Positions 28,163 through 37,421 of a stretch of DNA of 64,000 nucleotides are shown piece by piece. The notes beneath the pieces were generated by a model. That model made no database searches. It had not been told where the DNA came from and was given only the letters and a program-made list of their open reading frames with translations. The stretch is taken from contig DATGEQ010000009.1 in assembly GCA_035309945.1 (NCBI GenBank), positions 2,343-66,342 on the forward strand, written 5' to 3'. The stretch is from Gemmatimonadales bacterium. Lineage in GTDB: Bacteria; Gemmatimonadota; Gemmatimonadetes; Gemmatimonadales; GWC2-71-9. Both the position numbers and the translations under genes were made by a program. Numbering within the stretch: position 1 is the stretch's first letter; each line of letters begins with the position of its first letter.

Positions 28163-29155
28163 ATGGGCGGCGGCGCCTGGCTGTTACGGCGTGTACTCGC
28201 GTCCATCGCCATCGTCGTCGCCGTCGTCACGTTCATCTTCATTCTGATACACGTCGCGCCGGGCAGGCCCTGCACCGAAAACCTCGACCCGCGCGTCTGC
28301 GAGCAGCTCACCCGCCAGTTCGGACTCGATAAACCCATCGTCGTGCAGTACTGGCGGTACCTGGTCCAGGTCGTCCATGGCAACCTGGGCGTCTCGTACT
28401 CCCTGCATCGCCCGGTCGCGGACGCGCTGCTCGAGACGATCCCGTTCACGCTGCAGCTCGCGGGCGCGGCACTCATGCTCGACTTTCTGCTCGGCCTGGC
28501 GCTCGGGATTTATCAGGCGGGTCGCGTGAACCGCATCCCGGATGTGGTGCTCAGCAATTCCACGCTGTTCGTGTATTCGCTCCCGACATTCTGGCTCGCG
28601 TTGATTCTGTTGCTCGTCTTCGGAGAGAAACTGCGCTGGTTTCCGGTCGGCGGCGCGAGCGATCCCATCTTCTGTCCGGTCATCGACTCGTTCTTTTGTG
28701 TCGTGGATCGCGTGTGGCATCTCGTGCTCCCCTCGGCCACACTCGGACTCGTCGGTGCTGCCGGCACCGCGCGGTTCCAGCGCGCCGCGATGCTCGACGT
28801 CGCCACGCAGGATTACGTCCGCACCGCGCGCGCCAAGGGCGTACCCGAACGGCAAATCGTCATGCGCCATCAGCTCCACAATGCACTGCTTTCCTTCATA
28901 ACACGCTTCGGCCTCGCGTTTCCGTTCTTGCTGACGGGCGCTGTGCTCATCGAAACGATCTTCGCCTGGCCGGGCATGGGCCGCCTCGCCTTCGAGGCGA
29001 TTTTGACACGGGACTATCCGCTCGTCACCGCGACCGCCCTGATCGCGAGCACCGTGGTGGTGGCCGGCAATCTCCTGGCCGACATCCTGATAGGCTTGGC
29101 CGATCCGCGGCTGCGCGTGCACGCCACGACCGACGCCGACATCGTCACGGCATGA
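28163..29155 (+). CDS. ABC transporter permease (DppB/OppB-like)
   Basis: Six TM segments and the EAA-type loop (DYVRTARAKGVPERQIVMRHQLHNAL) are present. Confidence 0.92.
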   Translation: MGGGAWLLRRVLASIAIVVAVVTFIFILIHVAPGRPCTENLDPRVCEQLTRQFGLDKPIVVQYWRYLVQVVHGNLGVSYSLHRPVADALLETIPFTLQLAGAALMLDFLLGLALGIYQAGRVNRIPDVVLSNSTLFVYSLPTFWLALILLLVFGEKLRWFPVGGASDPIFCPVIDSFFCVVDRVWHLVLPSATLGLVGAAGTARFQRAAMLDVATQDYVRTARAKGVPERQIVMRHQLHNALLSFITRFGLAFPFLLTGAVLIETIFAWPGMGRLAFEAILTRDYPLVTATALIASTVVVAGNLLADILIGLADPRLRVHATTDADIVTA

Positions 29156-30084
29156 CACTCGGCAACTGGCTCGCGCTCGTCGTCGCGTTGATCCTGGCCG
29201 CGGAAGCCGTCCGCGCGCTGCGCCACCGCGCGCTGCGGCGGGAACGGTGGCGGCGCTTCTTCCGTCACCGCACCGCGTCGTGGGGGCTCGGCATCCTGAC
29301 GTTTCTCGTCATCGTGGCACTCGCCGCGCCTCTGGTCGCCCCGTTCGATCCGAACCGGCAGCTTGACATCGTGCATCTCACGAACCAGCCGCCCTCCTGG
29401 ACGTTTCTCCTCGGCACCGACCTCCTGAGCCGCGACGTGTGGAGCCGTGCGGTCTACGGCGGCCGCATCTCGCTCGGGATCGGCGCGCTGGGCGCGCTGG
29501 TCGCCGTGTCGCTGGGAACGCTCGTCGGCGCGCTAGCGGGTTACTATCGCCGCTGGATCGACGCGGTGCTCATGCGCGGCGTCGACGTCGGCCTGGCCCT
29601 GCCCCGCATTTTCATTCTCTTGATGGCGGTCGCGCTTTGGGACGGGCTTCCGTTCACCGCATTGGTGCTGGCCATCGGGCTCACGTCGTGGTTCGGGACG
29701 AGCCGGCTGGTGCGCGCCGAGGTGCTCGCGCTCCGCCAGCGCGACTTTGTCGTCGCCGCGCGGGCACTCGGCGTCGGCACGAGCCGCGTTATCTTTCGCC
29801 ACGTTCTGCCCAACGCGGCGGCGCCGATCATCGTCTCGGCGGCGCTCGGTGTCGGGAATGTGCTGCTGCTCGAGGCGTCGCTGTCCTTTCTCGGGATCGG
29901 CATCGCGCCACCCGAGGCGAGCTGGGGCAATATGATCGCGGACGGGGCGCCCAGCATCTATACCGCCCCCTGGTCGACACTCTTTCCAGGCCTGGCTATC
30001 GCTCTGGTCGTGATGTCCTTGAACGCAGTAGCCGACGGCGTGCGCGACGCGCTGGACCCGCGTGAGGATGGAGGCGTGGAGTGA
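29152..30084 (+). CDS. ABC transporter permease (DppC/OppC-like)
   Basis: The ATG at 29152 overlaps the upstream stop (ATGA). It has an OppC N-terminal segment and the loop [25 protein letters not shown]. Confidence 0.92.
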   Translation: MTLGNWLALVVALILAAEAVRALRHRALRRERWRRFFRHRTASWGLGILTFLVIVALAAPLVAPFDPNRQLDIVHLTNQPPSWTFLLGTDLLSRDVWSRAVYGGRISLGIGALGALVAVSLGTLVGALAGYYRRWIDAVLMRGVDVGLALPRIFILLMAVALWDGLPFTALVLAIGLTSWFGTSRLVRAEVLALRQRDFVVAARALGVGTSRVIFRHVLPNAAAPIIVSAALGVGNVLLLEASLSFLGIGIAPPEASWGNMIADGAPSIYTAPWSTLFPGLAIALVVMSLNAVADGVRDALDPREDGGVE

Positions 30085-31094
30085 CGGCTCCGGTCCTGCT
30101 CCGCATCCGCGACCTCAGGACGTATTTCGTCACCGAGCACGGCAAGGGTACGGCGCGCGCCGTCGACGGCGTGTCCTTCGATCTCTACGCCGGTGAGACA
30201 CTTGGCATCGTCGGCGAGTCGGGCTGCGGCAAGACGGTCACATCGCTGTCCATTCTCCGGCTCGTGCCCGAGCCCCCGGGGCACGTTCTGCCGGGCAGTT
30301 TGATCGAGTTCGAAGGCCGCAACCTCTTGACCTTGCCCGCGCCCGAGCTGCGCGGGGTCCGCGGCAATCAGATCGCCATGATCTTCCAGGAGCCGATGAC
30401 GTCGCTGAATCCGGTCTTCACGGTCGGCAACCAGATTGCGGAAGCGGCGATCATCCATCAGCACCTCTCGCGCCGCGCGGCGCGCGCGCGCGCGATCGAC
30501 ATGCTGCGGCTCGTCGGTATTCCCGATCCGGAGGAGCGCGTCGATCACTATCCGCATCAGCTGTCGGGTGGCATGCGGCAGCGCGTGATGATCGCAATGG
30601 CGCTGATCTGCCACCCCAAGGTCCTGATCGCCGACGAGCCCACGACGGCGCTGGACGTCACGATTCAGGCGCAAATCCTCGAGCTGCTCGACCGGCTGCA
30701 ACATGAGCTCGGCATGGCCGTGCTGTTGATCACGCACGACCTCGGCGTCGTCGCGGGACACGCGGATCGCCTCGTGGTGATGTACGCCGGCCGTGTCGTC
30801 GAGACCGCGACGACGCCGTCGCTGTTCGCGCGGCCGACGCATCCGTACACCGAGGGATTGCTCGCGGCCGTACCGCGCATCGACGCGCCGCGCGCCCGGC
30901 TGCACGCGATTCCCGGACAGGTCCCGGCGGCAACGGCATGGCCCACCGGCTGCCGCTTCCATCCGCGCTGCCCCTATGCGTGGGAGAAGTGCGTGGCGCA
31001 GGAGCCGCCGCTCCTGGATGTGGCCGACGAGCCAGGCCACACCGCCCGGTGCTGGCTCGTCACCGAGCCGGAACGGCGCGTGGCGAAACGATGA
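30081..31094 (+). CDS. ABC transporter ATP-binding protein (DppD/OppD-like)
   Basis: Walker A GESGCGKT, signature LSGGMRQR, Walker [12 protein letters not shown] and an oligopeptide C-terminal domain with the Cys motif GCRFHPRCP are present. Confidence 0.93.
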   Translation: MTAPVLLRIRDLRTYFVTEHGKGTARAVDGVSFDLYAGETLGIVGESGCGKTVTSLSILRLVPEPPGHVLPGSLIEFEGRNLLTLPAPELRGVRGNQIAMIFQEPMTSLNPVFTVGNQIAEAAIIHQHLSRRAARARAIDMLRLVGIPDPEERVDHYPHQLSGGMRQRVMIAMALICHPKVLIADEPTTALDVTIQAQILELLDRLQHELGMAVLLITHDLGVVAGHADRLVVMYAGRVVETATTPSLFARPTHPYTEGLLAAVPRIDAPRARLHAIPGQVPAATAWPTGCRFHPRCPYAWEKCVAQEPPLLDVADEPGHTARCWLVTEPERRVAKR

Positions 31095-32098
31095 CGCTCG
31101 TCGACGTCCGCGAGCTCGTGAAGCACTATCCGGGCGAGCGCAGCTGGCTCGGCCTCGGGCCGGCGCGCGCGAGCATTCGCGCGGTCGACGGCGTGTCGTT
31201 CACGATCGCGTCGGGCCGCACGCTCGGCCTCGTGGGCGAGTCGGGCTCGGGCAAGACGACCGTGGGCCGCACGATGCTGCGGCTGCAGGAGCCGACGTCG
31301 GGGAAGATGATGTTCGACGGGACCGACGTATTCGCGCTCGACGCGGGCGCCCTGCGTGCCTTGCGCCGCCGCATGCAGATCGTCTTCCAGGATCCGTACA
31401 GCTCGCTCAATCCCCGCATGACGGTCGAGGAGACGTTACGCGAGCCGCTCGAGATCCACCGTCTGAACGGCACCGTCGCGGCGCTGCTCGAGGAGGTCGG
31501 GCTCGACGGTGCCTTTGCCAAGCGCTATCCGCACGAGCTCTCGGGTGGCCAGCGCCAACGCGTCGGGATTGCGCGCGCGCTGTCGGTCGAGCCGGTGTTC
31601 GTGGTGTGTGACGAGCCCGTCAGCGCGCTCGACGTCTCGGTGCAGGCTCAGGTGCTGAATCTGCTCGCCGATCTCCAGGCCAAACGGCGGCTCACCTATC
31701 TCTTCATCGCGCACGACCTGGCGGTCGTGCGTCACATCGCCGACGACGTCGCCGTCATGTACCTCGGCAAGCTCGTCGAGCGGGCGCCGGCGGCGGAGAT
31801 CTACACGCAGCCGCGCCATCCGTACACGACCGCGCTGTTGTCGGCAGTGCCGGAGCCGGATCCGAAGGCTGGGAAGCAGCGCATCGTGTTAACGGGCGAT
31901 ATGCCATCACCCGCCCGGCCGCCTTCAGGGTGCCCGTTTCACCCGCGGTGTCCGCATCCGCTCAAGAGCGAACGCTGTCGAGTTGACGTCCCGCCGTTGC
32001 GCGAGATAACGCCTGGCCATCCTGCCGCATGTCATTATGCGGAGCAGCCGATGGCGGTCAGCGAATCCCGCCCATCAGCTTCCGCAGCCAGGGACTGA
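31091..32098 (+). CDS. ABC transporter ATP-binding protein (DppF/OppF-like)
   Basis: The ATG at 31091 overlaps the upstream stop (ATGA). Motifs are [28 protein letters not shown] and GCPFHPRCP. Confidence 0.93.
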   Translation: MTLVDVRELVKHYPGERSWLGLGPARASIRAVDGVSFTIASGRTLGLVGESGSGKTTVGRTMLRLQEPTSGKMMFDGTDVFALDAGALRALRRRMQIVFQDPYSSLNPRMTVEETLREPLEIHRLNGTVAALLEEVGLDGAFAKRYPHELSGGQRQRVGIARALSVEPVFVVCDEPVSALDVSVQAQVLNLLADLQAKRRLTYLFIAHDLAVVRHIADDVAVMYLGKLVERAPAAEIYTQPRHPYTTALLSAVPEPDPKAGKQRIVLTGDMPSPARPPSGCPFHPRCPHPLKSERCRVDVPPLREITPGHPAACHYAEQPMAVSESRPSASAARD

Positions 32099-33395
32099 TA
32101 GCCAGCAGGATCAGCGCGGCCGCAAAGGCCGCACCGGCTACGGCGCCGAAGAGCTTGGGAAGCGGCAACGTCTGGAAGAGTCCACCGGCCATGCCCGCCA
32201 TCAGATTCCCGACCGCAATCGACACGAACCAGACGCCCATCATCGCGCCGACGATGCGCTGCGGCGCCAGCTTCGTGACGATCGACAGTCCGACGGGGCT
32301 GAGGCACAACTCGCCGATCGTGTGCAGGAAATACAGCCCGATGAGCCACCAGGGACTGACCTTCACGCCCGCCTGCGCGACCTTTGCGGCGGGAACGATC
32401 AACGCAAACCCCAGTCCCACAAACAACAGTCCCAGCACGAATTTCACGGGGCTCGACGGCTGGCGGTCGCCCATGCGCACCCAGATCCAGCCGATCAACG
32501 GCGCGAGCCCGAAAATCATATACATCGAGTTCAGCGACTGATACCAGGTCGAGGGAAAGTCGAATCCGAAGAGCCTGTTCCGGGTCAAGCGGTCGGCGAA
32601 CAGGTTCAGGCTCGACGACGCCTGCTCGAACGCACCCCAGAAAATGGCCGAGAACACGAACAGCACCGCGATGGCCGCGACACGCCCCCACTCCTCGCGC
32701 GTAAACTGCCACCACGGTTCCGTGACCGGCGCGGCGTGCTGTTCTGTCTGGCCCAGCCGCGCGAGCGCCGGGAGAAGTCGCGGTTTGCCGGCGACATACT
32801 GAATAAGTCCGATGATCATGCCGACGCCGGCGCAGGCGAAGCCGACGTGCCAGTTCGCTTCCTGCCCCAGCGTCCCCACGATGAGCGGGGCGGCGAACGC
32901 GCCAACATTGATGCCGACATAGAAGATCGAAAAGCCGGCATCACGCCGCGCATCCGCGTCGTCGTACAGCGCGCCGACCATCGTGCTGGCGTTCGGCTTC
33001 AGGAGACCGGTGCCGGCCATGATCAGGCACAAACCCAGGAAGAACGTCACGACCGTCGGCACCGCCATGCTGAAGTGCCCGAGGGCAATGATGATCCCGC
33101 CGAGCAGCACGCTGCGATACTGCCCAAACACGCGATCGGCGAGCGAGCCACCGACGATGGCGGTGGCGTACACGCCGAAGCCGTACACGCCGATGATTTT
33201 GCCCGCCAGCTTGTCGGTGAATCCGAGACCGCCCTGGGTGACGGTCGCCGTCATGAACAGAATGAGCAGCGCCTTCAGTCCGTAGAAGCTGAAGCGTTCC
33301 CACATCTCGGTGAAGAAGAGGGTCGACAGACCGCGCGGATGGCCGAACCAGCCCGCGGTGTCGTGTCCTGGTTGCTGCATCGTGGATTGCGCCAT
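32058..33395 (-). CDS. POT/PTR2-family proton-dependent di/tripeptide transporter
   Basis: The PTR2 signature [18 protein letters not shown] is present and there are about 14 TM segments. The 3' end overlaps the convergent oppF-like gene by 41 nt. Confidence 0.92.
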   Translation of the reverse strand: MAQSTMQQPGHDTAGWFGHPRGLSTLFFTEMWERFSFYGLKALLILFMTATVTQGGLGFTDKLAGKIIGVYGFGVYATAIVGGSLADRVFGQYRSVLLGGIIIALGHFSMAVPTVVTFFLGLCLIMAGTGLLKPNASTMVGALYDDADARRDAGFSIFYVGINVGAFAAPLIVGTLGQEANWHVGFACAGVGMIIGLIQYVAGKPRLLPALARLGQTEQHAAPVTEPWWQFTREEWGRVAAIAVLFVFSAIFWGAFEQASSSLNLFADRLTRNRLFGFDFPSTWYQSLNSMYMIFGLAPLIGWIWVRMGDRQPSSPVKFVLGLLFVGLGFALIVPAAKVAQAGVKVSPWWLIGLYFLHTIGELCLSPVGLSIVTKLAPQRIVGAMMGVWFVSIAVGNLMAGMAGGLFQTLPLPKLFGAVAGAAFAAALILLAISPWLRKLMGGIR

Positions 33396-34724
33396 CTAGC
33401 GCACGCCGCCCATCAGCTGCTTGACGGGCTTGACGATCGCGAATGCGACAACGGAAGCGCCGACGCACACGCCGCCCACGACCCCGAACAGCTGCGGAAG
33501 CGGTGCGGATGAGATGAACCCGGCGGCATACCCGGCGACCTTGTTGCCAACGGAATCAGCGAGGAACCAAAGGCCGAGCATCATACCGACGATCTTCACG
33601 GGGGCGAGCTTGGTGAACACCGACAGCCCCACGGGCGAAATGCACATTTCGCCGAGCTCCTGAATGAAGTAGCAACCGACGAGCCAGAATGGGGAGACGC
33701 GCAGTCCACCCCCCGGTGCTCCCTGAATCGCCGTCGCCGGAATGAGGAGAAACAGGAACGACAGGCCGACGAAGAACAGGCCGAAGGCGAACTTTGTGGG
33801 CGTCGTGGGCTCGTACTTGCCGAGGCGGATCCACAGCCACGCGAACGCGGGAGCAAGCAGGATCACGAAGATCGCCTGGACGGACACGTACCAGCTCGAC
33901 GGGAAACTGAAACCCAGAATGCGCAGCGTCGTGTAGCGGTCGCCGAACAGATTGAGGCTCGATCCCGCCTGCTCGTATGCGCCCCAGAAGATTGCGGCGA
34001 ACACGAAGAACACGCCCATCGCGCCGATGCGCTTCCACTCCGTGCCGGTGAATCCCAGGAATCCGCCCGCGGGGGCCGCGGCCACCGGCGCGCTCGCAAC
34101 GGGCTTCGGCCGGCGAGCCAGACGCTCAATGGCGGGTTGCAGGCTCCGCCGCCCGAGCACGTACTGCACCAGTCCCAGGGTCATGCCCACGCCAGCGCAG
34201 GCGAAGCCGTAGTGCCAATCCACTTTCTGCGCCAGCCACCCGGCAATGACGGGCCCGATGAATGCGCCGAGGTTGATGCCCATGTAAAAAATCGAGAAGC
34301 CCGCGTCGCGCCGCGCGTCCCCCGGCTCGTACAGCGCGCCGACGATGCCCGACACGTTGGGTTTGAGCAGACCGGTGCCGACCACGATCAGCGACAGGCC
34401 GGTGTAGAAGAATGGCAGCGGGTGAAACGCCAACGTGAAGTGGCCCAAAGCGATGATGATGCCGCCGATGAGCACGCTGCGGTACTGTCCCAGCCACCAG
34501 TCGGCGATGATGCCCCCGACGATCGCCGCCGCCCAGACGCCGGCGGTGTAATTGCCGTACACGCGGCCGGCGTGGCGGTCGTCGAATCCCAGCGCGTGGA
34601 CCATGTAGAGGATGAGGAAGGCGCGCATCCCGTAGTAGCTGAAGCGCTCCCACATCTCCGTGAAAAAGAGCGTCGAGAGGCCGCGCGGATGGCCGAAGAA
34701 CTGGTTTTCAGTGGCGTCGTTCAT
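33396..34724 (-). CDS. POT/PTR2-family proton-dependent di/tripeptide transporter (tandem paralog)
   Basis: The signature [18 protein letters not shown] is present. Its stop directly abuts the start of the downstream paralog. Confidence 0.92.
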   Translation of the reverse strand: MNDATENQFFGHPRGLSTLFFTEMWERFSYYGMRAFLILYMVHALGFDDRHAGRVYGNYTAGVWAAAIVGGIIADWWLGQYRSVLIGGIIIALGHFTLAFHPLPFFYTGLSLIVVGTGLLKPNVSGIVGALYEPGDARRDAGFSIFYMGINLGAFIGPVIAGWLAQKVDWHYGFACAGVGMTLGLVQYVLGRRSLQPAIERLARRPKPVASAPVAAAPAGGFLGFTGTEWKRIGAMGVFFVFAAIFWGAYEQAGSSLNLFGDRYTTLRILGFSFPSSWYVSVQAIFVILLAPAFAWLWIRLGKYEPTTPTKFAFGLFFVGLSFLFLLIPATAIQGAPGGGLRVSPFWLVGCYFIQELGEMCISPVGLSVFTKLAPVKIVGMMLGLWFLADSVGNKVAGYAAGFISSAPLPQLFGVVGGVCVGASVVAFAIVKPVKQLMGGVR

Positions 34725-35119
34725 CGATCGAAGAGGTCGTCTTGGTCGGCGCTCTCAGGATGCGCGGCCGGGCGCAGCAGGTTGCCGAGCCGCTGCTCCC
34801 ACTTTTCGACGTCGAAGTGATGCTCGTTCTGCAGCGCGCGCCGCAGCACGGGAGAGAACTCGTGGAACGCCTCGAGGAGCTCGCGCGTCGCTTGCCGCAG
34901 CGCTTCCTGCTGGAAGCTGTCGTCGCTCGCGCCCATGTCCTCGAGGATCGCCTGCTCGGTCCGCGACGCCACGATCGGGTCGCTTTGCCCCTCGATGAAC
35001 ACGTTCGTGCGCTGCCCCGGCCCGCGCCCCTGCTCAATTGGCATCAGGCCGAGGATGCGATCCGACCGCCAGTACTTTCCATATCCAAGAAAGACCATCC
35101 GGCCTGGTTTGACGTCCAT
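34721..35119 (-). CDS. Hypothetical protein (132 aa) with weak DUF370/RemA-like N-terminal resemblance
   Basis: It starts MDVKPGRMVFLGYGKYWRSDRILGLMPIE...TNVFIEGQSDPIVASRTEQAIL and has an acidic C-terminal half. Its start shares one base with the upstream stop (TGATG) and its stop overlaps the POT start (ATGA). Confidence 0.45.
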   Translation of the reverse strand: MDVKPGRMVFLGYGKYWRSDRILGLMPIEQGRGPGQRTNVFIEGQSDPIVASRTEQAILEDMGASDDSFQQEALRQATRELLEAFHEFSPVLRRALQNEHHFDVEKWEQRLGNLLRPAAHPESADQDDLFDR

Positions 35120-36114
35120 CAGCGCCTCACATTTCGTCGGTTCTTCCGAATGTCTTCCAACACCACCCGATCGATCTTGCCGTCCATCCGGACGCGCACG
35201 TCGTAGTTCTCCCAATACATGAAATTCGCGAGCGCGGTGAGAAACTTCTGATTGAGACCGGGCTGTGGTGCGTCGAGCCATTTCTGCGATTGATTGGCGG
35301 GCTCCGTCAACAGAATCGCTTCCAGCTCTTTCTGCAACGCGGGCGTGATGGGAATCAGGTCGGCTGAATCACTGGTGAAGAAATACAGCTTGTGGAGCGC
35401 ATAGAGACGCTGCAGCTCTTTGATCGGATCCGGCGCATCGTACACGCGGATGTCGATGTAGCGATCGGTGCCGCCGAGGTATCCGCCCTTCGCGCGAACG
35501 ACGAGCAGCGCGGCCGACTGCATGCCCCGCTTGTCACCGCCGCCCGCCTGTCCGGCAACGAGCGCGGCGATCAGACGATCGGCGAGCGTGCCGCGCGTCC
35601 GCTCGAATGTCTCCGCCATGTTTCGCACGGTCGCATCCGAGACCATGATGTTTGCTTGCGCGGCATAGCCGTGCCCCGTGATCAGCTGGCCTTTGCCGCC
35701 GACCTGCCCTCCGCCCGCCCTTCCACCGGCCCAGTCGAAGGTCGAATCTCCCGTCCAGCTCGCCGAGTTGCCGTGGGCGTCCACCATGCCGACCTGCCGC
35801 TGGGACGGCTGTGGATCGCCGCGCATGATGATCCGCATGGCCTCTGGCGCGGTGGCGCCGCGCGCGAGCAGCTCGAGACCCTTCTCGCCATAGTCGGTAT
35901 TGCTGAGGGCCTGCGTCGCGACCGCCCCGACGCCCGCCTTCGCCCACGGCACGAGCCCGCCCACATTCGGAAACTTCGACTGGACCGCGATGCCGAGGTC
36001 GCCGGTCACCGAATCGTAGGCGACGATGCTGTAGGTGTGGGCGCGTTTGAGAAAATCGGATGGAGGAGGTTGCGGAGGTTGGTGGAGGGCTTGCAGCAGC
36101 GCGAGCAGGAGCAC
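35119..36114 (-). CDS. DUF1028-family (Ntn-hydrolase-like) protein
   Basis: Recognisable segments are HTYSIVAYDSVTGDLGIAVQSKF..VG..VPWA.AGVGAVATQA and RQVGMVDAHGNSASWTG. There is a C-terminal helical extension. The start is the GTG at 36114. Confidence 0.78.
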   Translation of the reverse strand: MLLLALLQALHQPPQPPPSDFLKRAHTYSIVAYDSVTGDLGIAVQSKFPNVGGLVPWAKAGVGAVATQALSNTDYGEKGLELLARGATAPEAMRIIMRGDPQPSQRQVGMVDAHGNSASWTGDSTFDWAGGRAGGGQVGGKGQLITGHGYAAQANIMVSDATVRNMAETFERTRGTLADRLIAALVAGQAGGGDKRGMQSAALLVVRAKGGYLGGTDRYIDIRVYDAPDPIKELQRLYALHKLYFFTSDSADLIPITPALQKELEAILLTEPANQSQKWLDAPQPGLNQKFLTALANFMYWENYDVRVRMDGKIDRVVLEDIRKNRRNVRR

Positions 36115-36119
36115 GGTGG

Positions 36120-36749
36120 TCAGTCCTTTCGCATTTTCTTTTTGAGCTCTTCGAGCTGCCGGGTCGCGGCGGCTTCGCGCGCCGCCCGATCCATGTCCGA
36201 TTTCAGCAGCTCGTCGCGCAGATCCGTTCCTTCACGCGCGCCGCCGGCTTCCTCGATGTCGCGCCAGGCCTGCTCCGTGCTGGGTTGCGCCGCCGCGGCC
36301 GACTTGAGCTGCGCCTGCATGTCATCCAGCTCGCGCTCCCCCAGTCCCAATTCCTCGCGTTGTGCCGCGAGCTTGCGCTCCAGCACGCCGGCGCGCTCAC
36401 GATGCTTCGCGGCAAAGCGATCCGCGACCGACACGGTCTCCTGGTCCCGGATCTCACCGGCGAGCCGGCCGCGCCGTTCCGCGTCTGCGAGCCGCTGGCG
36501 CTCGAGCCCCAGCTCGCGTTCGGTGCGCGCAATCGCTTCCCGGATTTCGGCTACGGCAACCTTGGCGTCGACGACCGCCTCACGCATCTGGCGCGCGAGC
36601 GATCGCAGATCGGGCGTGGACGCCGCAGCGAGGGCGGCGCGAAAGGCGTCCCGCAGGCGCTCGAACAGGGGACTCAGCTCTTGCGGACGGTCTTCGCGAA
36701 GAAGTCGGAAAAGACAGGCTCGACCGCGCGTGACTTGCACTTGGGGCAT
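36120..36749 (-). CDS. Coiled-coil protein, PspA/IM30-like
   Basis: It is a long heptad-rich helical sequence (LARQMREAVVDAKVAVAEIREAIARTERELGLERQRLADAERR...). The start is unresolved. ATG 36749 would overlap the FmdB gene by 76 nt. CTG 36677 would give a CTGA overlap with the FmdB stop. Confidence 0.5.
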   Translation of the reverse strand: MPQVQVTRGRACLFRLLREDRPQELSPLFERLRDAFRAALAAASTPDLRSLARQMREAVVDAKVAVAEIREAIARTERELGLERQRLADAERRGRLAGEIRDQETVSVADRFAAKHRERAGVLERKLAAQREELGLGERELDDMQAQLKSAAAAQPSTEQAWRDIEEAGGAREGTDLRDELLKSDMDRAAREAAATRQLEELKKKMRKD

Positions 36750-36841
36750 ACCGGGCGCGATCGCGGGGTGTGCTGCGTCATCGACTCGGTCCGCGCGAAC
36801 CGGTACTGACAGGCCGTGCAGCGGTACTCGTAGAGTGGCAT
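36674..36841 (-). CDS. FmdB-family zinc-ribbon protein (55 aa; below the ORF-track length cutoff)
   Basis: My own translation gives MPLYEYRCTACQYRFARTESMTQHTPRSRPVCPKCKSRAVEPVFSDFFAKTVRKS*. It has the hallmark MP.YEY.C..C ... CP.C pattern and G/C-rich third codon positions. Confidence 0.75.
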   Translation of the reverse strand: MPLYEYRCTACQYRFARTESMTQHTPRSRPVCPKCKSRAVEPVFSDFFAKTVRKS

Positions 36842-36911
36842 GTCGAAACGTTATTCCCGCGCAAAACCTCGGTCAAGTTGACGCTCACCCGGTCGGGCGC
36901 AAATTGCTGGC

Positions 36912-37421
36912 ATGCACAGGATTTTCTCGCTGTTCGCCTGCGCCGCCATCGTGACGGCGTGCAACGGCGGGCTCGAGCCCGAGCCGATCTGCGCGCCGAG
37001 CCTGGTCGGGCTCTGCGGGAGGCTACGATTCCAGGGAGCAGTCCCCGCCAACACCGAAAACGTCTTCGTCGCCGCGTATCTCAACTTTCCGCAGACCTGT
37101 ACCGATCTCATCGACAATCGCCAACCCATCATTCCGGGCTCGGTCCCATTTACCGACTCGATCGCTGACTACAGCATCGCATTGTCGCCGGGTTCGTATC
37201 ACTGGGTGCTTGCAGTCTGGAAATCACCTGGCGCGCTGACACTCACGCCGGCGGACACGCAATACCTGCGCGTCGCGGGCTACTATCGCAATCCGACGGA
37301 TTCCACGCAACCCGGCATCGTCGTCGTCCCCAACGGCGCCGCCGCGGGCGACGTCAACTTCGTGGTCAATTTCGACAGCCTGAAACCCGCCACCGACTAC
37401 GTGACATGCACCGCGCAATAG
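36912..37421 (+). CDS. Hypothetical lipoprotein
   Basis: The lipobox is AAIVTAC and the mature part is beta-rich. Its end overlaps the TonB-dependent receptor start by 16 nt. Confidence 0.6.
   Translation: MHRIFSLFACAAIVTACNGGLEPEPICAPSLVGLCGRLRFQGAVPANTENVFVAAYLNFPQTCTDLIDNRQPIIPGSVPFTDSIADYSIALSPGSYHWVLAVWKSPGALTLTPADTQYLRVAGYYRNPTDSTQPGIVVVPNGAAAGDVNFVVNFDSLKPATDYVTCTAQ

Noticed and set aside
36842-36911. A possible sigma-70 promoter (TTGACG ... AAATTG) in the FmdB/lipoprotein divergent region, and similar weak -35/-10 look-alikes upstream of hup, tdk and the M24 peptidase gene.
   Set aside because: The matches to consensus are poor, the spacing is ambiguous, and the promoter consensus for this lineage is unknown to me. 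I cannot support them from sequence alone.
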